A stretch of 64,000 nt of DNA from Naegleria gruberi (taxonomy: Eukaryota): assembly GCA_000004985.1 (NCBI GenBank), contig GG738877.1; one strand, given 5' to 3'. Under the pieces are notes generated by a model. The model searched no databases. It saw nothing but the letters and a program-made list of their open reading frames with translations, and was not told where the DNA came from. The translations under genes were made by a program, and so were the position numbers. Below are positions 10,112 through 21,045 of the stretch, piece by piece. Numbering within the stretch: position 1 is the first letter of the stretch; the number at the start of each line of letters is the position of its first letter.

Positions 10112-11471
10112 TTAAATCCAATTGAGAGAGTTAATGTACTTTTGTTTCTTGAAAGAAATGCCTTGATAGACCTTATGCTTCTTGACAATTTCCTTATGGA
10201 CAACATCTGGTGGAACATAGAAAGGTTCCTTCCATTGATTCTTTTGATAGAGTTCAGAAACACTCATATCATATTCAGTTCTGAAGAAACTCATACCTGA
10301 TGGCTTCTTGCTTTCACTGATCAACTTGCTCAAATCGAAATATCTTCTTTGATTAATTTCAAAAGTCTTTGCTGTTTGTTCTGGTGTTTGAATTGGTCTG
10401 TAATCACTTCCCTTAATTTCATAACCAGTTTCTCCATCTATCGAGACCAAGTTACTATGGGCTTTGAATTTCTTATCTATAATTTGGTCAATATATTCAT
10501 ATTCGTATTGGTAAGCATTTCTTCTCATCTTTTCCTTCATTTTCTTGTTAAGTTCTTGATCTTGCTTCAAAACTTCATATTGTTGTGGTTGTTTGTATGA
10601 TTCAGTAGTCAACAAAGTTTCTCTAACTTTTTCAACATTTTCAATCTTTCCATTTTGTTTGTACAATAAGAAAATATAACGGAATGTACCAGCACATTCA
10701 GTTGGCAATGGTGGAATGTATGAACAAACAGTTTCACCCTTTGTAGCATCAGCACTTTCACCAGGAATATTGGCAACCATCCAGTGAATGAAACTACCCT
10801 TATCAGGAATGAGTCTGAATGGATAATCAGGTGTCAACATTACCAATGTATAAAAAGCTCCCTTTTCTCCTTCAAATGAAACTTTTGGTACTTGTTCAGT
10901 TGTCTTTGATTCAATGAAATTACCAAGCAATGAAGTATTTGAGAAAGTCTTGGTTTCGTTTTCTTTAGCAAAGGTAACATTGAGTGGAGTAGAAAGATTA
11001 GAAAGCAAGTCTTGTTTGAAGGTAGATTCTTCAACTTGCTTTGGGAAAAGATCAACATGAAGATCCAATTGTTCAAAAGCAGTAGCAGTCTATATAATTT
11101 TCATCGATTAAATTAATCATTGTTATCATCACTTCCGCAAATATTAAACTCACCTGTTGTTTCTTCTTTTCTTGCCATTCCTTTCCCGATACTTCCTTAA
11201 CTACAGGCATGTTTGATGGAGCCTTGCCCATATTCAAAACATCAATTCTAGCGAGCAAGTATCTATTTTCCTTTTGGAAGTCTGGATGGTCAAAAAATTG
11301 TTGAGTACTTTCTTCAATCTTTTCGGTTTTTACGAAAGATTGTTGATGATGTTGTTTAGTTCCGTTGGTTGCCTTTGTTGACTTTTTAATTTTAACCCTG
11401 TAGGTCGAATATGGTCTAGCGCCGGCTGGTGCTGATGAGGCGGAGCGCAAAAGGGTAGAGAATTTCTTCAT
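10112..11471 (-). CDS. PEBP-domain protein, mitochondrial ribosomal protein L38-like; 2 exons
   Basis: Exons are complement(11154..11471) and complement(10112..11089), with a 64-nt intron GTGAGT..ATAG at phase 0. ATG at 11471. The N-terminus (MKKFSTLLRSASSAPAGARPYS) looks like a mitochondrial presequence. A PEBP fold signature is present (TLVMLTPDYPF...HWMVANIPG). The long C-terminal extension is typical of MRPL38. Confidence 0.65.
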
Positions 11472-11574
11472 TTTTTTATTTGCAAATTACAAAATATTTT
11501 TTAATTAAAATTTTAATTTTTACTTTCCATTGGCAAGAATATTAGGACCATGCTCAAAGAATTGAATTAATATT

Positions 11575-14324
11575 TTATATGGAATAGTCCTTAAGATTAA
11601 TACCATATTTTTTACAAATGGCTTTCACTGTAAGTCCTTTCTCATTTTTGATATCAGTTTTACATGCTTTGCTACTTGTTATGAAGGTTATCATTGCCTT
11701 CTCAGAGTTTGTGAGGTCTCTATCTTTGACATCAATGAAACAATAGTGGAGAGGTGTATTTCCTTTCTTGTCTGCAATATTAACATCTATGGCTCTGTAA
11801 AGTTTCTTCTTCTTGTCAATTAGTTCACCAGAATGACTCAAAGTTGTAAGTCTCAGTAATTCTCTTACCATGACTGCTTTCTTTGTCTTGGCAGCAATGT
11901 GGAGAGGTGTCATTTTTCTCATATTGTCCTGATAGTTCAGTAAGGTTTGGACTCGTTGACTCACCATATTCTTCTTATAGTTTGGTACATTGCTCATTGT
12001 TTGCTGCAATAACATTTTATGCTCTTGCGATTCTCGTTCATTGAAAATGTTAATTAACTCTGACAACATGTCAACATCGCCTGACTTGGCTACTATGTGG
12101 AATACGTTCTCTCCACTATTGGAAGAGTTGGAAAGTGAATTAAAGATTTGGGTTTGATATTTGGAAGTTAAGAGATACCTAATGACATCAATTTGTGAGT
12201 TCTGAATTGCACAAAATAATGCTGACCAACCATGATCATTTCTTACCATGGTCAACAGAGTATGTGAATCTGGAAGATCGTTAATGAGAAATTTAACAAC
12301 TTCCATATCTCCATTTCCGAAAAAGTCGTGTAAAATTGTGCTACCATCATAGAGCTTGAGATTTACATCTGCTCCAAACAATAGTAAATCCTTAGCCATG
12401 TCAAAATGATGTTGTTTCAAAGCTAATCCAAGTGGTGAGAATCCATATTCATCTCTCACATTTGGCTAATTGGTGGAGTATGAAACAGGGTTTAGAATAA
12501 TTGACAAATATAAAAACTTACACTAGCATCATGACCTAACAGTAAAACCATACAAAAGTGGGATCCTGATGAACAAGCAACATGAAGTGGTGTTCTTGAC
12601 ACTTTGTCTTTCATATTGGGATCAGCATTACGATCGAGCAATAATTCCATTAGCTCAGTATTGTTCTCCCTTGCGCAAAGATGGAGGAAGCCTTTCTCCA
12701 TATCTTGAGTATTTTTCCAATTAATATCTACATTAAATTCATCCAAAATGAGTGTAGATGTAATAGCATCATTTTCTTTACAGGCAGCATATAACCTTTG
12801 ATTGAGCTGCATCTTGTCAAATCCCGCCATCTCTTTTCTGAGTACATTCTTCTTTCGTTCCAGTTCCTCTGACTCCTTTTGCTCAATGGTTTTTTCAGGC
12901 ATTGGGGTGTCTTTTCTCTCTTGTTGTAACTGTAAAACAGCTTGCAATAAATCAGAACCCTTCATAGAGGTTTTTGCAAGTAAATTATTAGTACTGCTCC
13001 TATGTTCCAGTACTATTCCAATTGTTTCCAAACTCATAGAAAGTCTGTGATCATCTATAACAGATTTTGAGAACTTGCTTCGAGATCCAGCCTTGGAGTA
13101 TTTTCTCTTTAAGCTTTGAGTGATTGAGTCCTTTGTTTGAGGATCGAGATGGAAACTAGTAGAAAGAGCGGCTGGTGAATCTACACTTCCAGTGGTTTCT
13201 ACGCTCATAGCACCTGGTGATGCAGAAGGAGTATTGCTAAATTTTGTTTGCAAATGAGGAGGTAATGTATGCTTAAGAGAACTGTTTGTGGCATTTCTCA
13301 AAATAGCAAGCTTGGTTGGAGTAATTGGACTCATTTGATTCATAACTTCATTTTTCATAGGAGTAGCAGCACTGATGGTTGACTTGCTTCTTGATTTTCT
13401 TCCTCGATTATTTCCTTCCAAAAATTCATCAATAACCTTGTCGTCAGACGATGGAGATGGATAGACAGGAGTTACAACAAGAGTGGTTTGTTCCTGTTGT
13501 AATTTTGTTGGAGTGCATTCATGTTGATGAGACATTCTCCTTTTTGAGTTTAAATTTGGTGATTGTGTTGTTCCATGAAGTGGTAAAAAATCAATATTTT
13601 CTTCTTGCTTTTTTGGAGTTTGCTTAGAAATGGCTGGTGATGAAACTTTTTGTCCCATTGAAAGGAGCATAGTTGAGTTGCCAAATATTGATTCTTCATT
13701 TGTTCCAAATGTATAATCACCCAAGTTGTTTTCACTCATCACGAATGCAATATTTACAGCAGATAAAGCACTGGTTAAATTAGGAGCTGATTTGGACAAT
13801 AATTCATTCAAATCCCTTTTTCCAATTGATGAAGCACTCAATCTTTCATCATCCTCCAGTGGTATATTTACATTGGCAAATACTGGATCATTATCTGTAA
13901 TTCTTGGCGAGGGAGCTCCTGAATACAAGAGCTGTCCTGAAATATCCATCATTCCATTTTCCGATGATGTAAATTGGTATAAATTAACTTGAGAATTACC
14001 CAAACTACTATTACTACTGCTATTACTGCTTGTTCCACTCCTTGATGTTTCTTCTGATGATTTTGTTGTTAGAGATTTGCCACTATTTGATGGATAAATA
14101 GGCGACGAGATGGTAATATTTTCCATGGTCATCACGACAGGTTCATTTCGAATGAATGTTGAATTATTAGAAACTCGAGCTTCATCATTAGATGATGAAG
14201 TATTTTGTTTTAGTGCTACACTCAACTCGAGAGAAGGTTGATAGACTTTGTGTGTCTCCCTCATTGTAGTTGTATCATTCCTTGAGTATTGTTGTGTTGT
14301 TTCTTCATGTTGGTGGGATGACAT
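11575..14324 (-). CDS. ankyrin-repeat protein with a long S/T-rich N-terminal region; 2 exons
   Basis: Exons are complement(12522..14324) and complement(11575..12465), with a 56-nt intron GTAAGT..TTAG at phase 0. The junction reads ...GHDAS|PNVRDEYGF. ATG at 14324. There are several ankyrin repeats (TPLHVACSSG, TILHDFFGNGDMEVVKFL, TPLHIAAKTKKAVMVRELL, NTPLHYC). Confidence 0.7.
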
Positions 14325-14648
14325 TTTTTATTTAAAATTAGCCTTTGTTTTTTCAAATTCCCAATTGGGTGACACTACAACATACAGACGCTTTTATGCA
14401 CTTCCTAATTGGCATAATACACATCAGAGTCACGCAAAGTATCAACTGGTTCGAGGGCATAGAGAATGGAATTGTCAACTTGTTGCTCAAAGAGGGAGGA
14501 ATGTTTCATTTCTGATAATTCTCAATGTGATTTTGTATTAATTGTAAAGTGTTGAGAATGTTCATAGTGCATGGAATTTGAAAATGCAAAAAATACATTC
14601 GAATCATTTTAGTGTTTCTGTGAATAGGAAGATATGTGACTCTAGGTT

Positions 14649-14683
14649 TTCATAGAGATGGATTCGAATAATCTCTATGAAAT
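14649..14683. promoter_or_regulatory. perfect 12-bp inverted repeat (hairpin/cruciform) in the divergent promoter between the ankyrin gene and the Q/N-rich gene
   Basis: tttcatagagat-ggattcgaata-atctctatgaaa. The 11-nt loop contains the palindrome attcgaat. The TTCGAA core recurs about 53 bp either side, at 14610 and 14719. Confidence 0.3.
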
Positions 14684-14871
14684 TGAGCCTCTGCAAATGA
14701 GCAAGAAAATTTCCTTGTTCGAATTGAAGCACAAAACTGTTTGGTTCAAAATTGGAAAATCTAAAAAAAAATTGCTAAACATTTCTGCCAAGCCTTCCTC
14801 TAATTCTTAAGAATTTGTGAACAAAAAACAATTCCGAAGATTTCGGTTTTGATTCGGAAAAGAAAATCATC

Positions 14872-15738
14872 ATGTTTATGCAGCAACAAGAGCAGCAACC
14901 TCAGCAACAGTATGGAAATTATTGGGTGGACTATCAAGGCAGAAACAATGTGCAAACAGATTATTCTTCTGCACCTAACATGATGAATAATGATCATCAA
15001 AGAACTGATAGTCAAGAAAATGCATCGCGGACTTATGTCTATCGAGATAACTATTCAGGTCCTGAGAATGGTTGTGAGTATGTCTATCACCAAACACAAC
15101 CACATATTTATGAAAATGCAAATTACAATGTAAATAATAATCAACCTAATCTCATCATGACCCAGAATTTTGTCAACCAAAATGAAATTGTAAATAGTAA
15201 CAGTTCTTTGAGAGGATGTTTGGAGGAAAATATTCATAAGAGAAAATTCGATTCAATAGATGAAAAAGATGAAATCCTTGAAGATGACGAAGATCAATCA
15301 CCAACAGTAGCAAACAATGAATTTGCGAGAGATGCAAAAAGAGTGAAAAAGAGTCTTAGCTCTATTTTGGCAAACTTACAGGTTTCCGAAGAGGATAAAC
15401 CTCAACCTAATTCTAAATGCACACAATTAATGTGCTACAATGAAAATATTTCAACTCAAACACCTAAGATATTGAACCAACCAACCATAGATGAAACTGT
15501 GAATGATCTCCTTCGTAAAAAATTACTTTCCTCAATAATGGCTCAACCAAATGGAAAGTACATTCCAGATCCAAAAACTGACTTGAAACTTCAATCCACC
15601 AATGAGGAAGAAGAGGATGATAACCAAACAGCAGTTGTTCTTTACCGAGATGTAATTGGAAGAGATGAAGTATTAAGAAAACTTGCAGGACAACAAAATG
15701 AAAACCCTCAATCAACAAACCAAATGTCAGACGAATAA
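14872..15738 (+). CDS. hypothetical Q/N-rich low-complexity protein (288 aa)
   Basis: ATG at 14872, clean ORF, acidic C-terminal half. No recognisable domain. Confidence 0.5.
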   Translation: MFMQQQEQQPQQQYGNYWVDYQGRNNVQTDYSSAPNMMNNDHQRTDSQENASRTYVYRDNYSGPENGCEYVYHQTQPHIYENANYNVNNNQPNLIMTQNFVNQNEIVNSNSSLRGCLEENIHKRKFDSIDEKDEILEDDEDQSPTVANNEFARDAKRVKKSLSSILANLQVSEEDKPQPNSKCTQLMCYNENISTQTPKILNQPTIDETVNDLLRKKLLSSIMAQPNGKYIPDPKTDLKLQSTNEEEEDDNQTAVVLYRDVIGRDEVLRKLAGQQNENPQSTNQMSDE

Positions 15739-15995
15739 ATTATCATCATGTAAATATTACTCAAACAAAATTCCAGAAAAGTCATTTGCCAACAAGTCCA
15801 ATTTTGTACATATCATCCATAACAGATCCAGCAATGTTCTTATCTCACATCTTGCCAACAAATGCTCTAGCAACAACAACAATAAGTTAAATAGTGTGAC
15901 ACTCAACACTTCCTTTCAAATTGAAAAAATCCACCTTCACGTTCTCTCTCCAATTCATAACGTTCACTTCATCATCAAATTAAAAAGAAGAAAAA

Positions 15996-17573
15996 ATGTT
16001 TAGGCGTTTGCTGAGTATGATTGGTGTTACACCCAAGCAAGATACGACCCGAACCAATCTTCAGATCCTTGCTGATCAAGAGGCAAATTCACCTGAAGAT
16101 CAAGAAGCATCTAAAAGGAAACGAGAGTATGAATTAATAGAGGATTGTCCACCTAATTCAATAGTATTTCTTTTCGGAACAGAAAGTAATAGTGTTTATA
16201 ATCGATTGGTTAAATATATTGTCAAACAGGATAAGAGTAAGAAGGAAAATAGTGATAATTTATTATTTAATTCAGATTCTGTTGTTCAGTATGCTCCTCT
16301 TCCTTGTTCATCACATTCTATCATTCTTCTTCCTAAAATTGATGATGAGAAAAATCAGTTACAAGCCTCAAAGAGAATAATCATTTGGGGAGGAAAGAAA
16401 AATGTTCGTGATATTACTTCTAATATGAGTACAGCTTTAACGGTTAAAGAAGATAGTTTATTAACTTATTATGATTGTGATTTAAATATGTGGCGATATG
16501 CTGAAAGTGTTAGACATACTTATTCAAATAATCCTTATAGACCAAATCCGAGCCTATTCTATCATACAACAACATTGAATCCAAACAATATGTGTATTTA
16601 TATATTTGGAGGAAGTTCTAATGATAGCTCTTCTGCTGACACCTTAGTTTCAAACAAACTCTATTGTGTGAGCATTGCTGAAGATTGGAAATGGAGGTTT
16701 ATTCCACTTGAATCTCTTTATTTTCAAACAGCACCACCCGATTATGTAAAACCAGAGGATGAAGAACCTGTAACTAAAATTGTTGGAGTGAGAGGTCATT
16801 CATGTGTTTATAGAAGTCGTAAAAACAGTTTGATAGTTTATGGAGGTAATTTTGGTGGATCTAAACTTTCGTCCAATATGTTTGAGTTTGATTGTAACAC
16901 TGAAACTTGGTCCCTCATCCCTCAAGTTAATAAGGTTGCTCCAAGGGCATATCATAATGCTATTTATTGTAAAAACAGAGATTGTATGATAGTGTTTGGT
17001 GGTGAAGTGTTTGATAATACAACAGGAAGACTGGAAATCATCAAGGATATGTGTTTATTCTATTTCGAAGAGAAGAGATGGTATAATATATTATTTAGAG
17101 GCGATGTCCCTTCTCCAATTTGTACATTTGGTCACTGTACTACGATTGTGTATGATAGATTTATAATTTCATATGGAGGCTGTAACAGAGAATTCCAACC
17201 AAAGAATCAATGTTTAGTTTTCGACTTATTCGAGAGAAGGTGGATAAAGTTAAATGTAAAGCTTAAAGCTGTGGAAGTGAGTGCCAAGCATACTTTGGAA
17301 AATTCACAGAATGAAGAATATTGGGATTTATCCTACTCGACCATTTTACCACCACTTAATTGTTCTGCAATGACATATGATGAAGAAGCTGAATGCTTAG
17401 TATTTTATGGAGGTTATGTAACAGATAAGGAAAAGTGTGCTTCATTATTCAGAGTTAAATTGGATTTCTCTCTATTTTTTGTTGAGAAGCATTTTGTTTA
17501 CTGGAATTATATTCGATCCACGTTGAGCAATCCAGACAGATTTAATGACTTGGTTATTAAAGTGTCGAATTAA
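15996..17573 (+). CDS. Kelch-repeat beta-propeller protein (525 aa)
   Basis: ATG at 15996, single exon. Repeated Kelch-type blades are visible (IFGGSSND, RGHSCVYRSRKNSLIVYGG, RAYHNAIY...MIVFGGE, FGHCTTIVYDRFIISYGG, ECLVFYGGY). Confidence 0.7.
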   Translation: MFRRLLSMIGVTPKQDTTRTNLQILADQEANSPEDQEASKRKREYELIEDCPPNSIVFLFGTESNSVYNRLVKYIVKQDKSKKENSDNLLFNSDSVVQYAPLPCSSHSIILLPKIDDEKNQLQASKRIIIWGGKKNVRDITSNMSTALTVKEDSLLTYYDCDLNMWRYAESVRHTYSNNPYRPNPSLFYHTTTLNPNNMCIYIFGGSSNDSSSADTLVSNKLYCVSIAEDWKWRFIPLESLYFQTAPPDYVKPEDEEPVTKIVGVRGHSCVYRSRKNSLIVYGGNFGGSKLSSNMFEFDCNTETWSLIPQVNKVAPRAYHNAIYCKNRDCMIVFGGEVFDNTTGRLEIIKDMCLFYFEEKRWYNILFRGDVPSPICTFGHCTTIVYDRFIISYGGCNREFQPKNQCLVFDLFERRWIKLNVKLKAVEVSAKHTLENSQNEEYWDLSYSTILPPLNCSAMTYDEEAECLVFYGGYVTDKEKCASLFRVKLDFSLFFVEKHFVYWNYIRSTLSNPDRFNDLVIKVSN

Positions 17574-17667
17574 ACTTGAATATTGTAAATAAGTATCACG
17601 AACTGATCTTTAAGGATTTTATAGAGAAGTTAGTCCTTTCTATCCAACAGCTTGAGTTTACAAAAAA

Positions 17668-18561
17668 ATGACCGAAAGAGAAACTTGTCTTCGTTTGCAT
17701 TTTCCATTGTGGCAAGGTGGAAATAATCCTGCCTATTACTTTGGTGCTTCTTTATTGGCATGGCTAGCCCCCCAGAATACCACTGATGTGATTGAAACAG
17801 TGAATGTTACTGAACCTTTGGACGAAACTAATTGCTCATCTTTGGAAAAGGTTGAAGGTATAGTTGGTAAACATGAGATTCAACAACAACTCAGTAAGGC
17901 CAGATATATTATTGAACAACATTCTCCAGAAAAGATTGTCACTCTTGGAGGTGATTGTTTAGTTGATTTGGTTGAATTTGCACATTTATGTGAGAAATAT
18001 GGAGATGAATTAGGAATTCTTTGGATAGATACCCATCCAGATGTAATGACATCAAAGGAGTTTCAACACGCCCATGCCATGGTATTATCTGCATTGATGG
18101 GAAAGAATGACGAATGGTTAGTTGACTATGTCAAGAAACCAATTGCATCCAATCGAGTTATGATTGCTGGTTTAAATAATGAAACTGAGTATGAAAAGCA
18201 ATTCATTAAGGATAATTCTTTGAGAGTTTATAGACCAGAGGATATCAAAACGAAATTGGGATTAATCAAAAAGTGGATAGCTGAGGAAAAGATCAAATAT
18301 TTGGCAATTCATATAGATTTGGATGTATTAAGCACAATGCACTTTAAATCACTTTTATTCTCAAATCCAAATGTCCCTCTTAACCACTATGATGGTATTG
18401 CTCAAGGTCTTCTTTCATTAGAAGATGTTTCAGGTTTAATTGAAGAAGCCTCCGAAAATTCTAAAGTTGTAGGATTGGGCATTACAGAATTTTTACCTTG
18501 GGATTGTCTGAATTTGAGAAACATGTTGGCAAAGTTTCCTCTGTTCAACAATAATAAATAA
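17668..18561 (+). CDS. arginase/ureohydrolase-superfamily protein (arginase / agmatinase / formiminoglutamase-like), intronless
   Basis: ATG at 17668, 297 aa. Metal-binding signature blocks are present: GGDCLV, WIDTHPD and HIDLDVL(S). No intron. Confidence 0.7.
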   Translation: MTERETCLRLHFPLWQGGNNPAYYFGASLLAWLAPQNTTDVIETVNVTEPLDETNCSSLEKVEGIVGKHEIQQQLSKARYIIEQHSPEKIVTLGGDCLVDLVEFAHLCEKYGDELGILWIDTHPDVMTSKEFQHAHAMVLSALMGKNDEWLVDYVKKPIASNRVMIAGLNNETEYEKQFIKDNSLRVYRPEDIKTKLGLIKKWIAEEKIKYLAIHIDLDVLSTMHFKSLLFSNPNVPLNHYDGIAQGLLSLEDVSGLIEEASENSKVVGLGITEFLPWDCLNLRNMLAKFPLFNNNK

Positions 18562-18610
18562 TCAACAAATAGGGATATCACGGTTTGAATTATTTGCTGT
18601 TTATATACAA

Positions 18611-19594
18611 TTAAGCTTCGATTTGTGTATTATTTACATTTTTCATTTCAACTTCATTATCATTTGAATAGTTAGAATCATTGTTAGAAAATAATTGAAT
18701 GAATAGGTAGGAAAGTGGCTGAGCAAAGCACCAAACATTGCATTCATAATCGAATGATTCATTAACATCTGAGCTGTCTTGCTTTTTCTTTCCCTTTTTT
18801 TGAGGAGTTCCATCATTTCCTAGAGAAATTTCATGGAAATCATCATATTCATCGTCGTGTATTTGTTGATGTTCATCAATTGGTGGATTGGGTAACATGG
18901 TTGACCCTCTCAATGCACTTAGTCCAGGTATTATCGATTTTCCTATTTGTCTTGGAGAAAGTGATACTTCTACAGGTATCTCAACCTTGTTTTCCTGTAT
19001 TTCCAAATCGTCAGTCGAGCTACTCTCTGATATTACTGACGTATTAATGTTGACTGAACTGAATGGGTGAGTTGTTGTAATTGTATAATTTGTTGTAATT
19101 GTATATTCCTCACTTTCTACAGTATTCGAAACACTAATTTGACTATGAATCAATGGTTGCTCAACTGATTCATCCAAATTAGCAGAAGAATTCCCAAATG
19201 ATTCATTATGATTAATCGATGATGTTGTTGCTTGTTCTTTCTTTTCAGTTTCATAGTCTAATTGAGCCAAATGCTCAAACATTTTCAATTCATCATCGTT
19301 TAAAAGTTGTGGCGATGCTGTTCTATCATTACTGAGTTGAGATTCATCATCACTTCTCCCAACATTATTTGTACTTTCAATTTTCAATTCGGATAGTCGT
19401 TGATCATTATCAATTTGTTCTTCTTCATTATCATCCCGAACCACATCAAATGTTTGACTATCATCTGATGATCCATCCATTATTTTGTTTGATTCTTCCA
19501 TTGTTGTAGTTGAATGATTCGTTGTTGTTGTAGTAGCATCTTCTTCAGCAGCCACAATATCATCACTATCAACCATTACTACACTCTCGGTCAT
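18611..19594 (-). CDS. hypothetical acidic S/T/D/E-rich protein (327 aa)
   Basis: ATG at 19594. No domain recognised. It is tail-to-tail with the arginase-family gene, 49 nt apart. Confidence 0.5.
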   Translation of the reverse strand: MTESVVMVDSDDIVAAEEDATTTTTNHSTTTMEESNKIMDGSSDDSQTFDVVRDDNEEEQIDNDQRLSELKIESTNNVGRSDDESQLSNDRTASPQLLNDDELKMFEHLAQLDYETEKKEQATTSSINHNESFGNSSANLDESVEQPLIHSQISVSNTVESEEYTITTNYTITTTHPFSSVNINTSVISESSSTDDLEIQENKVEIPVEVSLSPRQIGKSIIPGLSALRGSTMLPNPPIDEHQQIHDDEYDDFHEISLGNDGTPQKKGKKKQDSSDVNESFDYECNVWCFAQPLSYLFIQLFSNNDSNYSNDNEVEMKNVNNTQIEA

Positions 19595-19845
19595 TTACAA
19601 AGGGTTTGAGTTGTTGTCTTTTTTTATTTTAGTTGAAAAACTAATAATAGCCAAAGACAAGATCTACGATAATAATATTTGAGGAGAATTGATGCGAAAG
19701 TGTGTTGATGATTGAAAGCTGCACTGTAGTACATGACAAACTTCAATCTTATTTTCCAAATTGTTACAAACATGACAATACAGAATGTTTTGGTAATATT
19801 TAATTCTGCAATAGTTGACTAGAGTCAATAAAAAAATAGCGCCAA

Positions 19846-20754
19846 ATGATTTCTTGTTTGTGCTCCGATTTGTGGTTGGAAATATTGAGTTTCATTCCTA
19901 TTGGTGATAGGAAAAGAGAGTGGAAGATGAGAGTGAAGGAAGTGGTCAATTTGGAACGAGTTTGTTCGGAAATTGCTGAAAAAGTGAATTGGCAAGTGGT
20001 GTTTTATCAGATTGCCAAAAGGTTGATGATGGAATGTGCTTCCGAATTTTGGATTAATTATTCTTCTTCCTTTCAATTGATGCAATCAATAGAGGAGGAA
20101 TGTTTATTAGGTAGAAGGGAAGGTAATTTGATTAAGAAGAAGTATGATAGAGGAGAATTGATGGAGATGTTTAATGACTTTAGGAGTGATATTGATTGGA
20201 GAAGAGTTGTGAAATTAATATTGCAGGAATCATTTGTGGAGAGCTATTTGGTTCGATTGACTGAAACATTGATATCAAAGATTTATAGTTGTGGATTCTT
20301 TTTGCGATGTCTATCGTGTGGATTTGTAACAACTAGAGAAAAGAAAGATTTACTTGAATTTAGGGAAAATTTGAATGAATTCAATCAGGATTTTGTATTG
20401 TCCTTTATGAACCAATTTATTGAATCAAAATTCAATTATAGATTATTAGACATTGCTCTTGTCTCAGAATGCATTACAGAATTTGATTATGATGAAATTA
20501 GTGAGGATGAGAGATTTAGGAGAAGGTTATTGGATTGGTGGTTTAACATTGCACGAGGTTGTTTCAAAGAATTAAGACAATGTATGAAAAGAAGGAGATT
20601 TGGAAAGTATCAAGAATTGAAACTTGTAGGAACAATTCAAAACTCAAATGTTGATAGAAACTACCCGACCTATCATTTCAAAGTTTCTTGCATATTAATG
20701 ATGAATAATAATTTTCTGATAGCGCTCATAATTCCTCGCAAAATGTTAATGTAA
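19846..20754 (+). CDS. F-box-like protein (302 aa)
   Basis: ATG at 19846. An N-terminal F-box-like motif DLWLEILSFIPIGD is present. The rest is helical with no clear domain. Confidence 0.5.
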   Translation: MISCLCSDLWLEILSFIPIGDRKREWKMRVKEVVNLERVCSEIAEKVNWQVVFYQIAKRLMMECASEFWINYSSSFQLMQSIEEECLLGRREGNLIKKKYDRGELMEMFNDFRSDIDWRRVVKLILQESFVESYLVRLTETLISKIYSCGFFLRCLSCGFVTTREKKDLLEFRENLNEFNQDFVLSFMNQFIESKFNYRLLDIALVSECITEFDYDEISEDERFRRRLLDWWFNIARGCFKELRQCMKRRRFGKYQELKLVGTIQNSNVDRNYPTYHFKVSCILMMNNNFLIALIIPRKMLM

Positions 20755-21045
20755 TGATGTTCCAAACCTTGGACAGTCAACCTAGGTTTTGAAATCTTTC
20801 CCGATTGTAAAGGTTGGAGCTATAAATAGTAGGTTGTAATTGGAAAAATATCTTGTTGAAGGAGAACAAAAAAAACCATCAACTTCAAGACACAAGCCAG
20901 AGGCTAGTATTGTTGTTTGGAAGCAATTATAAACATGTTTATATGTTGACATTTCTGTTAGTGGCCTTGAGCATTAGCGGGAATGTCTTCGATATAAACT
21001 GTGATATAATCTGAAACATCTCTTATTAAGAGCGAAATAAATAAT

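Noticed and set aside
12802-13050. Short antisense ORFs inside well-supported genes (also 24615-25007, 24731-24982, 31130-31495, 46715-46960, 43095-43355)
   Set aside because: They lie inside confidently identified coding exons on the opposite strand or in another frame and have low-complexity translations. This is typical of AT-rich coding DNA.
14600-14730. Repeated TTCGAAT motifs examined as possible tRNA T-loops
   Set aside because: There are no flanking GG...CC pairs and no acceptor-stem, D-arm or anticodon-arm complementarity. They are promoter palindromes, not tRNAs. No convincing tRNA was found anywhere in the window.
15683-16003. 106-aa ORF overlapping the 3' end of the Q/N-rich gene and the Kelch gene start
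   Set aside because: It overlaps two supported genes in other frames, and its real part is the intergenic spacer. N/S-rich junk translation.
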